64,000 nt of DNA from Ylistrum balloti (taxonomy: Eukaryota), in contig NW_026782196.1 in NCBI RefSeq assembly GCF_031769215.1, forward strand, positions 744,001 through 808,000, written 5' to 3'. Shown one piece after another: positions 13,987-26,113 of this stretch (its first letter is position 1; each line of letters opens with the position of its first letter). A model generated the notes under the pieces. The model did not search any database, was not told where the DNA came from, and worked only from the letters and a program-made list of their open reading frames with translations. A program made the translations under genes and the position numbers.

Positions 13987-16900
13987 ATGCACACTGATAC
14001 TAATTCAGATGATGGTGACCTTTATAGTAGAACTGATTATACAACAGACAAGGAACGCCATTGTCGTCAAGGGGCTTCTGAAGAAAAAGTCCAATTCAGA
14101 CATGGAGCAGATGGTGTGTATAGTTCAGCCATGACAGATCTATCAACAGTCAGCGTGTCTTCTAAAAATGTCACCCAGAAAGACTTCACTCTCCAATCAG
14201 ATATGAACACTGAGATGTCATCATGTCATCTGAATGATGAGAAAACCTTTGCAAAAATTAATACAGAAAATTCATTTGATCATTATGAATGTGATAAAGA
14301 GACTGAAACTGGGGAAGAGGTGGATTATACACATTTAGTATCTGTTGTAGAAAATGACATAAAAAATATAAGTAATAGGATTAGCACTGCTGTGATTGAC
14401 TTCAGTTTCTCTTGTCAAGAAAAGGGAGAAGAAAATGGATCGCACTGTAATCATTTTGATTTTGTCCCAAATGAGATTATTCTGAAAATATTTTCCTATT
14501 TTGACCCCTTGGATTTATGTAAACAGATTTCACTTGTTAGTAAGCGATGGCGAAAGCTTGCGTACGATGTTAGTTTGTGGACTTTACTTGACTTGAATTG
14601 GAATCCACATTTATCATCAGTCAATTTGTGCTGGATCATCAAACGACTTGGATGTATTCGAAAACTTTGCCTTCAAAGCCGACAGATGCTGAGTGTTTCA
14701 GAAGTGTCTGTGTTTACAGAGTTCTGTCCCTTGCTAACAGATGTTGACCTGGGTTTTTGCAGTACTTGTTCTGCTGATATTCTTGAGTATTTTGTCCTCA
14801 ATTGTGAAAACCTGGAAAGAATCAATGTTGAAGGCTGTCACATGGTAGCTGATGAATGCTGTGAAGTACTGGCAAAGGCCAAAAGATTGAAACATTTGAA
14901 TTTTTCCCACTGTATTATAACAGATGCTGGCTTGTGTCACTTAGCTAGGAATTTGTCACAAATTGTCTCCCTCAATATTGATGGAATCGGATGGATAAAT
15001 GATAAGTAAGCATCTATTATTTGTTAATTATCGTTATATTCAGTGAAGCATTATTTGATATATATAAAAAAATTTTTTTTTTCAAATTGTCTTTTAAATG
15101 AGACACAAAGGAATTGAGGTCATTGAGAATTAGTGTTAGGATAGATGGCATTTTAAATAGGAATCATATATACTGAATTTTGCTATATTTGTCAAAGAGG
15201 TTGTGCAGGGGTTTTGCTATTATTTTGTTTTTGTCTTATAATAAACACATGGGGCTAATTCATATTCTCTTACTTAAAATTGGGAATTCAGTTGGCCTAT
15301 GTCTAGGGCCAGTGTTCCCATTGCCTTTTGAAACTTAAAGTATACTGCACTTATTGTGGGGTTTTGTATACTCATTTGGGGGTAATACGGAAACATTCCA
15401 GGGTTATACCTGTATTAGGGTTATTAGGACCTACCAAACCTGGGTTATTGCCTGATAAATGCAGTGATAGGACTAATAGCCAAAGCTATAAGTTATTTTT
15501 CCATTAATTGCATCATGTATACAATACCACTATTTTTTTTTCTGCCTATGATTTCCCTGAAGGAGTATGATAACTTTGGTAGAGCATCACCATGAAAACT
15601 TGAAATGGCTGGACATTGATGGTGCTGAGTTGACTGATCGGTCCATTGAAGCCGTAGCAGGTTGTTCTGGATTAGAGAGACTAACGGTGTCCTTCTGTGA
15701 ACTACTGACTGATACCTCGCTTCGAGAAGTATCGGTAAATATTCCTTTTTTTTTTCTCTCAATAGAGTTTCTCTCTTTCAATTTTATGTCAAGCAAGCAG
15801 ATCCCTAAACTGTTTGAGAGTAATCAGTCAGATTTGTTCTTTTGGAATATACATTCAAAAACTCATAGTTACAAGTTTTCACTGGTTGACAGTTTGTTTT
15901 CCTTACATGACAGAAAATGACTAAGCTAAACTGCTTGTCTCTGAGGAAAGGTACAGAGCTGACCAATGCAGGAGTGGTTGAGCTGTTCTCCACAGATGCC
16001 ATGTCAAATCTGACCTGCCTAGACCTATCTGATTGTGGAGACCTAAAAGATTCAGCTGTGCTACAAATCCTCAAATGGTAAAATTGTATCTAGTTACAGT
16101 AGTATCATCAACTATTACATATTTTCATAATCTCTGATACTTTATAGAAAAAAAGGATAATGCATTTATTTTATCTGTATGTTTGATGATTGTTTTGGCA
16201 AATATCTATGGAGTTTACCTGTATGTTTGATGATTGTTTTGGCAGATATGTATGGAATTTACCTGTATGTTTGCTGATTGTTTTGGCAGATATGTATGGA
16301 GTTTACCTGTATGTTTGATGATTGTTTTGGCAGATATGTATGGAATTTACCTGTATGTTTGCTTATTGTTTTGGCAAATATCTATGGAGTTTACCTGTAT
16401 GTTTGATGATTGTTTTGGCAGATATGTATGGAGTTTACCTGTATGTTTGCTGATTGTTTTGGCAGATATGTATGGAGTTTACCTGTATGTTTGATGATTG
16501 TTTTGGCAGATATGTATGGAGTTTACCTGTATGTTTGATGATTGTTTTGGCAGATATGTATGGAGTTTACCTGTATGTTTGATGATTGTTTTGGCAGATA
16601 TGTATGGAGTTTACCTGTATGTTTGATGATTGTTTTGGCAGATATGTATGGAGTTTACCTGTATGTTTGCTGATTGTTTTGGCAGATATGTATGGAATTT
16701 ACCTGTATGTATAATGAAACCATAATGTCATATGAACTTGAATGTATGTTGATATGTAGATAATCAGCATCTATTGAATGTATAGGTTACCTGGATATTT
16801 AACAATTTTATGGTATCATTACAGCGAAACTGTATTGATATCAGTTGTGAATTATCCTCTCATGAACTGCCAATGGTGTGGGAATATATAGCAAACAATA

Positions 16901-19464
16901 TTAACAAATTGAGGTTGTCTCCCCTTGTAATAAGCTGATACTGCTTTAGTAAACGTTCTAGGGCATTGGGAATACCAACTGTATCATGGCAAATTAAACA
17001 AGAAATGCTGATGCACTTAATTGGATTTTAACACCCACTTGTACTGGCATTTATATTGCCCATGAATGCAGTACCATGTGAAAGTACAAACTAGTATGTA
17101 GTGTATGCATGCGCCATTAAGATGATAACTTTTTTGGTTGGTTTATTTTGAGGTTACCTGTATGTTGATGTTGAGTTATTGTATTGATGTATTTGATGTG
17201 TACTTGTATGTCCTTATATGGTGATACATGGTTTCTTTGGAGGATACCTGTATGTCCTTATATGGTGATACATGTTGTCTTCGGAGGATACCTGTATGTC
17301 CTTATATGGTGATACATGTTGTCTTTGGAGGATACCTGTATGTCCTTATATGGTGATACATGGTTTCTTTGGAGGATACCTGTATGTCCTTATATGGTGA
17401 TACATGTTGTCTTTGGAGGATACCTGTATGTCCTTATATGGTGATACATGGTTTCTTTGGAGGATACCTGTATGTCCTTATATGGTGATACATGTTGTCT
17501 TTGAAGGATACCTGTACGTCCTTATATGGTGTTACATGGTTTCTTTGGAGGATACCTATATGTCCATATCTGGTGATACATGGTTTCTTTGGCGGATACC
17601 TGTATGTCCTTATATGGTGTAACTTGTATGTAGTAGCAACAGATTTCCATAAACACACAGATTTGTTACATTAGAGAGGTTACATAGTTTTCTGTCACTG
17701 ATACCTGTGAATGGTGAATGAGTTGGATTTTTCCTTGATTGTGAATGGATGACTATTTTTAGACAAATGTGCCTGAGTTTGATGTCATTCTGTTTACTGT
17801 TGTTTTACACAATTTTCTTGTTATATCATCTTTTTGTGTTTATACACAGCTGTGGTAGGAATCTACGACAGCTTAGATTGTGCTGGTGCTGCAGTCTACA
17901 GGAGGAATCCGTCACCGCCATTGTAGATACCTGCAGGTAATTTTATACCTTCCTCTAAGTTTTGACCAGTTTTATTTCAAGAATAGCTGGGATGGGAAAC
18001 TAGTTTGATTTATCATTAGCTATCTACGTTTTTTTTATTTACATGTTCACATATTTCCTACCACTTTTATCTGCTAATAAGGCTTTGGATGGTAATAATC
18101 ACACACTTCAATGTACCACTGTTCAGTAAATTTACTAAATCAGTGACATTTTAAAGAAAATATTTTATATTATGACTTCTAACATACACATTTGTGCTAG
18201 TGACTATTTCTGATGCATTTTTCATTGAACAGCTCATTGGAAACTTTGGATTTGGTTGGGCTACACAAGATTTTTGGAAAATGTTTCGATAGAATACCCA
18301 AATGTATGCCCAAACTAACATTACTCGACCTTCGGCAGTGTAACAAGGTAAGATAATTATGCATGGGAAGGTTTTAAATCTGGACACCTAGGTTTTCTTT
18401 GTAAGATTATATCTGTATGTAATTGTTTGTTTCTTAAAAGCAGTTTTAAAATACAATGTATGACTGGTAAACCAGACATTTTGATTAAATATGGTATATC
18501 AAATAGCTAGGACACATATCTGTAAAAATTCACTGAAGATAAGAAGCTACATACATGTGCAGAATCAAGTTTTCTGATTTTTTTTTTCATGCTCATGGAA
18601 ATTTTTATATTTGGGGGAGAGGGCAATATAGTTGCTGCTCTGTTCATCCATCTGTCAGTCCATCTGTTCTTTTGTGTCTACATTTGAGCAAGGATCATGA
18701 AATTTGGTAAAAATGTTAGCCATGATAAGAAAATATGCAGTGTACTGAAATCAGATCCTGAAAGTTATAAAGTTATTGCCGTTTGTTAAAATTTAGTATC
18801 TGTAGCATAACTTTCATTTAAACTAGGATAATGAAACTTGGTGTATATATTGGTCATATTAACAGGATGTGCAGTATAAGAAATTCAGGTTTGAAACCCC
18901 TTAATTACTGAATTTTTACGCTGCGTTAATATTTTGTGTCCATTAAATTTGCTTTTGGGGAGCATTCATAGGTTTCATTGATACTCTAGTTTTATTTTGT
19001 ATTGTTAGAGAAAGTGATTTGCTGCCCTGGAGAACCTCTGAAATGGATTATCTACTGTAAAACTGGTTCTTAAGAACCCAACAAAACCTCAGAAGACAAA
19101 TCTGTTCAGGAAAAGACTTTCTTGTATTTTTTTTTTCAAAAACTTATACTTTAAAAAAATAGGTAGGCTTAGTAATAAATTCCCTGGAGTAGATAAATGT
19201 TCATTGGACAATAGTAAAGTTTTCTATGGTAATACTTTAATGCAGACATTGAAGCTCAAAAGATCGATAATTTTTTGACTGGGATAAATAGCTGAACAGT
19301 GTTTGCATGTCTATTGCAAGAACAACCAGTAACTATTCTTATCGATTTGAATTTGTTTATTCCAGATCAATGATAATTTGATTAGAGAAATGCTGTGTAA
19401 GAAATCCGACCTAAAAGCCTTTGACTACTACGGAGAAGACTTTCGAATCCAGCTACAGTCCTAG
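13987..19464 (+). CDS. F-box / leucine-rich-repeat protein (FBXL family), 6 coding exons
   Basis: Exons 13987-15005, 15563-15734, 15914-16077, 17850-17936, 18233-18347, 19366-19464 join in frame. F-box FDFVPNEIILKIFSYFDPLDLCKQISLVSKRWRKLAYDVSLW, then cysteine-containing LRRs (LTDVDLGFC, LERINVEGC, LKHLNFSHC, LKWLDIDG, LTCLDLSDC, LRQLRLCWC, LETLDLVGL, LTLLDLRQC); ends ...KAFDYYGEDFRIQLQS*. Confidence 0.9.
16175..16710. repeat. 44-bp minisatellite A, about 12 copies, FBXL intron 3
   Basis: Unit TGATGATTGTTTTGGCAGATATGTATGGAGTTTACCTGTATGTT. Confidence 0.95.
17205..17620. repeat. 44-bp minisatellite B, about 9 copies, FBXL intron 3
   Basis: Unit GGAGGATACCTGTATGTCCTTATATGGTGATACATG(GTTT/TTGT)CTTT. 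Confidence 0.95.
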
Positions 19465-22400
19465 TTCAACATTTTGGACTTGGAGATAAATTAACACCTG
19501 AGTCAAAGTGTTCTTTGTGCTGCCATTTTGACCCCTGTTTATGTCAAAGCTTTCTACTTTACTTTATAAATCTTGTTACCTAAATTGCTTCATGAAAGGG
19601 GTGTGCATTGCAGGTGAAACATACATCCTGGTGTCAGTTTCTGTGTTTGCTGTACAAACTTAAGTTATGACTTTTTTTACAATATGTGTGTAGCTTACAA
19701 AGTGGCTTGTAACTACATGTATGTGCTTGTCAGTCAAAGTGAAGATTAAATAGATCAGCATTATATAGAGACCTATTTACTGAAAGATAAAAATGTAATT
19801 TATCATGGTGGCCATGTTGCATGGTTGGAGTAATATTCTTTGTGATATATTTATTGTTTATAACTTATCTGTGAATGAGACCAGTTAAATAACAGGTCTG
19901 GTGCATCTATATTGTAGGTACTAAAAATAGTGTCATTTTTTTGTTGAACAGAGACATCATTTTTTAGAAATAAAAAACCTTCATATTTTTTCATATATAC
20001 TCTTAATGCGATCTCTTTTTGTCCGGCATTGTGCATTGTAAACTTTTAACATTTTCGACTTCTTGTGGCAAACTCCTGAGGGTCAAATTTATTGAAACTT
20101 AAAAAATCTTCTCATATCCCAGGTATGATAAAATCAAGTACTCATCATGGATAGAAAGGCCTTCAGATGCTTTACCAAAATTGTAAATTTCATCACCCTA
20201 GGGTCTCACATTTGTATTATGTGTACATTATAATTAAAGTTATATTATTATGTGTACATTATAATTAAAGTTATATAACTTTTTTAAACAAAATTATTTC
20301 TATGACGTTACAAGAACCATTATGACCCAGTTGACCATTAAGGCCCTTGAGCCACTTGGGTTTTTTTTTCACAATGTCCTAGTTTGTCTTGATCGTTCAT
20401 AAAACATATTTAACATAAAAACATTAAACATATTAGAGGAATGATATTTGGCTGGTATGTTCTTAAGATAAACCAAACAAGGGGTGTGAAAAGAAAACTT
20501 ACCTTGACTTATGTTCAAGGTCACAGGGGTCAAATTTGTTGAAACTTTCAAACAACTTTTACACATGGACTAAAAAGCCTGGAGGCATGATATTCAGATG
20601 GTATATATTAGGATGAATCTCAACAAATTTTGCAAAAGGAAATGACCATGATTCAAAGCCGCAGGTGTTAATTTTCTTATTTGTTATTGCACTAATGTAG
20701 CCATGGTAACAATTCAAAATATGTATAATTTATGGAAGTATGAAAATTTTGTCAAATTTGTCAATTTTTTACCTTATATATACCAGATGAGTGCTGCAGT
20801 ATGTAATATTGCCAGCATTGTCGAAAATTGGAACTGGATCCTAACAAACTAATGCTTGTTTGATATGGTGTAATTTATGTAATAGTCTGTGTCTTATTTT
20901 GTATCTTGATAAACGAGCAGATTGCCAGGAAAATTTGACAACTCATTCGTCTCTTGTTGTTATTACTTCACTGATTATATATTTAAGATAAAAATTTGAA
21001 ACATTTCTGATTAGTAAAACATTACAAATTTTAACTTTCTAATATATCTATACATGTACAAGGACACAATTAATTGTCATGTCTAGTTAAATTATTTCTG
21101 TAGCTTTAAATACAGAAAATTCAATCGAATATGTACATTTAGAGGTAGCAATGAATGGTTTCCTTACAAAAAACACTTAAATGGTCAAATATTACTGTAA
21201 AGTGTAGTAAGTGCTGTTATGATGTTCTTGTTTAGCAGGTACTATAGATAAATCTAAATGAAATATATACCTGGTGTTATTATGAATTTCGAAATTTTCC
21301 ATCTGTGAGGGCTGATACAATTATCTCAGATGTCTTTATTGCATTCCAATGCAAAGGATTAAGAAGCAGAAGATTCTAACACGGCGATAAAGAAGAATAA
21401 AAGGTGACTAACAACAAAAACCCTAAGGGGAGACAACTAACGTAAAGTGAAAGCTTCATGCAATAAAATTCGAAAAAAGAATTAAACAAAAGGTAAAAAA
21501 ACAAATCAAACTTTCCAGAATGATTGCAGGGGCAAGGTGCTTTAAATGTTTTTTATCCTATATCAGCGGGTTCAGTAGTTTTTGTATGATGAGCATGTAA
21601 TTGTGGTGTGAGAAGCAAATAAGTAAATAAAAGAACTGCTTCAGGAGTCAACAGTGAGTACAGATCCTATATCTCGTGTACTTTGTATGGAGAATGCAAA
21701 TCTCTAATGAATATCATGTTTCAATTATATTTGCTATTTCCATTTGTGGCAGACATATTTTACTGATATTGTTCGGTTATTTAACCCCATATCTACCTCC
21801 CATGACGGTTTTAACTGGACATGCATTTTAAGTCAGTTGAACAACAATATGACAAACACAACTACTTACCACTTTAGAATCAATAGCTATCAATATATCT
21901 GTCTAAAAAATTTCATATGTCTTCAGTACCCTTTATAAATGATTCCACTATGAACAGCTACCATGGCGAGCTAGTTAGACTTGTAAATAAACCACAAAGA
22001 CTCAATATGAATTGAAATTGGCCGTTTTTATTAACGACATATATATATAAATGTACATATGTAAACTCTCATGAACATACATCATATACCAAATGTTCTT
22101 GTTAACAATGTTATGAAAAAAACATTAAACAAGTCTAAGATGGGGATCAGAAAATGCCACAGAGATAACTTTCCCTAGGTGCAACCTATGGGTAAGGAAT
22201 CTCTCCCCCATCTGCTGCCATGGAAGTTGGGAGAAACTATGAAATCAGAAAGGTTAAATAAATAGTTGCCAAATATGGTAATACACATGTTCTAAAATAC
22301 ACAAGATATGACAGAAAATATATAACCAAAAATTATTACAATACAATAGATATAATGTGCCATTAAAAGCAAGGGGGGAATTTTTGCACAAGCTTAACTC

Positions 22401-22953
22401 TATCTCAGGTGACCAGTAGACCCCATGACTAAAGGTACGACAAATGTTGAAGGAATAAATAATGTATCATTCAAAATTAAAACACCAATCAAACACTGAA
22501 GGCAGACAAATATACTGTTTAAAGGCCAACTACTGCCACCTGCCCATCTGCTGTATCTCATCATCAGAAACACCACGCGATGCTGCATAGCTAGCAGCAC
22601 CAATTCGGATAACTGTGCGGAGTAATCCATAGATGAGAAAGGCCTGCCCAGCCCAAGGATTGCTTGAGACTGTCACAGAAAAAGGCATAAGAAACAGCCT
22701 GCCCACCAGGAAAACAAAAAAGTGGGCCAGAAATCTGGCCACAAAGCTGCAGATATTGTCGCATCGCAAGGACAGGGCATAAAGTCTGATTTTGCCTGGC
22801 AGCAGCAATGGCTAGCGTAATAGGACGTATGTTATAATGTCCTTTGAAGGAATGAAATGTCAATTCCAGTTGGCCAAGAGGGCAGGAAGAATTTGTGAGC
22901 ACCTTAAGATCTGCAAACTGTAACACATTGCCAGCTGATTTACTCTATGTCAT

Positions 22954-23792
22954 TGTCACGTAAGCATGTATAGTTTGTCTATAAATGGTAAGTTTTAATT
23001 TGAGTTTGTTTTGCGGTGTAAGGACTCTTAATTGTCCGCACCACTGGGCGGATATACGTCACGGGCTTGACCGGTTGTGCACGGAATGGACACTTGTTTA
23101 CGGTCCACAGTTTTGTGAGTTCGTGTAGCCGATATGTAAATATAGCTGTTTCCGATATTGTGAACAAGGCACAGACGACAGATTGTGCTTCACATAACGG
23201 ACTAGGATTCTCAGCTAGCAAGCCAGGACCAGTCAGCTGTGCCAACTCATTGTGACTCCAGTGTCAGGACCGACCGGATAAGTTCTCTTCGCCAGGGTCA
23301 AGGTCAGCATGGAATACATGTGTTGGGTCGTTACGTAGGCCAGGGTCAGCGACTTGCTTGGAGGCTGAGTCACAGTATATCTACTATTGGGATGGCTGTC
23401 GTGTCAAGGACACTAGTGTGTACATCCCAGCTTTCCTGTCGTGTCTTGGACACTAGTGAGTTTGCCATTTTGGGCGTTTCAAGCAAGCATGGTGCTGCTT
23501 GATGTGTTTATACCTCTTGGCTCTGGATTGAGCGTGGTTGCAGGTTAGCGACTGTCTTGCACCGGAACTGTACCAGGATCCCATTCGTCGTTGTGTGTGT
23601 AGCTACAGACTGTAACTTGTAATAATTGTGTTTGTGAATGAGTGAATTAGTGAGTGTGACGTGTGGGTATTATAGGTTTTTTTTATTTAATCTCTTTATT
23701 GTCATCATTGTAAATAAACATTTGTCATTGAAATCAATCTTTTCGGTGTTCATTTCCCCGGATTGCTGACCGACGCTCGTTCCACGTTAACA
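22954..23792 (+). mobile_element. Solo LTR (839 bp) with 5-bp target-site duplication
   Basis: Starts TGTCACG, ends CGTTAACA; flanked by GTCAT at 22949-22953 and 23793-23797; AATAAA at 23713-23718 near the 3' end; removing it rejoins the recombinase frame. Confidence 0.85.
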
Positions 23793-24039
23793 GTCATCTC
23801 ACCCACACGCAAGAAAGCATGGAAAGCCAATAAATACATGGCATTAATTAAATGAAGGTGATAAGGTGACGACGTAGTATACCTTTGGGAGGCAACCAAT
23901 TGAGTGAGGATCTCAGGTGTGATAGGTAAATGATTATCGGATTGGTGAGTACCCCGATGAACCGAATTAAGCAGCTTTTTTATCAAAAATGACTGAACGG
24001 GATCGCCGTAACCACAGAGCCTGTTTATATAACCAATAG

Positions 24040-24508
24040 CCGTGACATATGTAGAAATAGTAGCTGGCTCTAACACCTATAGCCGCGACATAAGTAGAAA
24101 TAGTAGCTGGCGCTAACCCCTATAGCCGCGACATATGTAGAAATAGTAACTGGCGCTAACCCCTATAGCCGCGACATATGTAGAAACAGTAGCTGGCGCT
24201 AACCCCTATAGCCACGACATAAGTAGAAATAGTAGCTGGCGCTAACCCCTATAGCCGCGACATATGTAGAAACAGCAGCTGGCGCTAACCCCTATAGCCG
24301 CGACATAAGTAGAAATAGCAGCTGGCGCTAACCCCTATAGCCGCGACATATGTAGAAATAGTAGCTGGCGCTAACCCCTATAGCCGCGACATATGTAGGA
24401 ACAGTAGCTGGCGCTAACCCCTATAGCTGCGACATATGTAGAAATAGTAGCTGGCGCTAACCCCTATAGCTGCGACATATGTAGAAATAGTAGCTGGCGC
24501 TAACCCCT
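24040..24508. repeat. 43-bp minisatellite, about 11 copies, derived from recombinase coding sequence
   Basis: Unit TATAGCCGCGACATATGTAGAAATAGTAGCTGGCGCTAACCCC; minus strand encodes GLAPATISTYVAAI plus 1 nt. Confidence 0.93.
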
Positions 24509-26113
24509 GCTGGAATAAGTGAGCAACAAATTATGCAAGTATATTGTATGAGGTAGATAAAACTGGGGTACCTGTAAACACAGTACCAACAAACTGACAT
24601 AATCATAAGCACTATTATAAGTGAGGGAAGTCTGTGCCGATGTAGCTTGTAACAGCAACGCTCCGATTGTTTTAGTTAAATTTTCATGGACCGGGGTGTT
24701 TCTATAGATGTATGGTGTGTATATAGATGTATGGTGTGTATATAGATGTATGGTGTGTATATAAGTGTATGATGTTTATATAGATGTATGGTGTGTATAT
24801 AAGTGTATGATGTTTATATAGATGTATGGTGTGTATATATTTGTATGAATTTAAAATTTAGTGAATTCAGACATTGCCATAATGACCACAGTTAGTAACC
24901 ACTCACCAAATGCACAGAAGTGATTATCAATAGGTACAGTTCGACTAAATGGGTGAAAGCAAGACTTTGGTATTACATAGGCCAGATTTTTAAACTTTTT
25001 TCTGTGTATAAAATGAATTATCCAAGATCAAATCACTCAATCACAGTAAATGATTAATAAACACCATATTTGGAATATCTTGGCCACAGTATTTAATGAT
25101 ATAAAAATACATGTATACTGTACACCGTAGCTGACGTAAAAAAAAACAACAATGCTATTTATCATGACAATCCTGGGGACAGACATCCCCTTGACATTAA
25201 GTCTATATAATTAAACAAAATCAATGCTTGCTTCCTATCTTGGAATCTTCAACAATTATAATACTGATCTCCTTTGCGTAGCGACACCCACCTTTTCTTG
25301 CCCATCATACATATTCTTCAAGAATGAGTGCAGGTAAAATATAGACAATTATTTGTTCACCTGATAAGGCCTTATTACACATACACAATTGAAACGCTGT
25401 TTATTTGATAACTGTCTGCCACACAGAATATCATGTCTCACTGATGAGAAAGGACTGTGATGGACAAGAATGCTAAAAAATATGAGAGAAAGAAATAAAC
25501 AAAGCAAACAACAGCTTCATACAAAATTGGCAAATTATTCCATTTCTAATAATAGGGTGTGGCGGGTGCATTTTTACATTGTTTTATTTGGATGCTAAAG
25601 ATTACCCGCCTGAATTTCTGCTCTTCCTTGTCTTCTGTCTCTCTTTCCTAGCTAGCAAAAAAATGCAAACAAGGGCAGTAACTCTTTTTGATTGACTGGA
25701 GGAAAATGCTGTTAACAACCATCTGCAATTTGCCTTTGATAATGTAATTTATGTATAAAGCATACCTGTTATTAATGTGACACATTGATTATGCAATGTT
25801 CTCGAGTAATGCTCTGTTTATTCCGTCTGTATTCGTTTTCACTTGAATAGATATGGCATGTTCACTTGAATAGATATGGCATGTTCAATCACTTGAATAG
25901 ATATGGCATGTTCAATCACTTGAATAGATATGGCATGTTCGTTCACTTGAATAGATATGACATGAACACGTTAGCAGCAAATTATGTTCACAAATTAATC
26001 TCCTATCAGGTCTCTCACTTAAATGCCTTTTTCATTCATTTGGTGACATATTTTTACCATGTTATACACTCAATTCAGCGTAGCTGACACTGAGAGAACA
26101 GAGAATTTTTTCT

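Larger units (their letters stand above)
22480..24575 (-). mobile_element. Decayed tyrosine-recombinase gene of a DIRS-like retroelement, interrupted by a solo LTR and a minisatellite
   Basis: Pieces: FVAHLFQQGLAPATISTYVAAI (~24530-24470); GYINRLCGYGDPVQSFLIKKLL...LLAFHAFLRVGEMT (catalytic Arg; ORF 23750-24076); LQFADL...CPVLAMRQYL...GPLF (ORF 22591-22926); frameshifted HSY/RIGAASYAASRGVSDDEIQQMGRW (H-x-x-R and GRW motifs). Contains stops and a frameshift. No RT seen nearby. Confidence 0.85.

Noticed and set aside
16234-17674. Short Cys/Tyr-rich ORFs at 16234-16494 and 17404-17674
   Set aside because: Translations of the two 44-bp intronic minisatellites.
22979-23502. Short ORFs inside the solo LTR
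   Set aside because: No gag, pol or other motif; consistent with chance ORFs in higher-GC LTR sequence.
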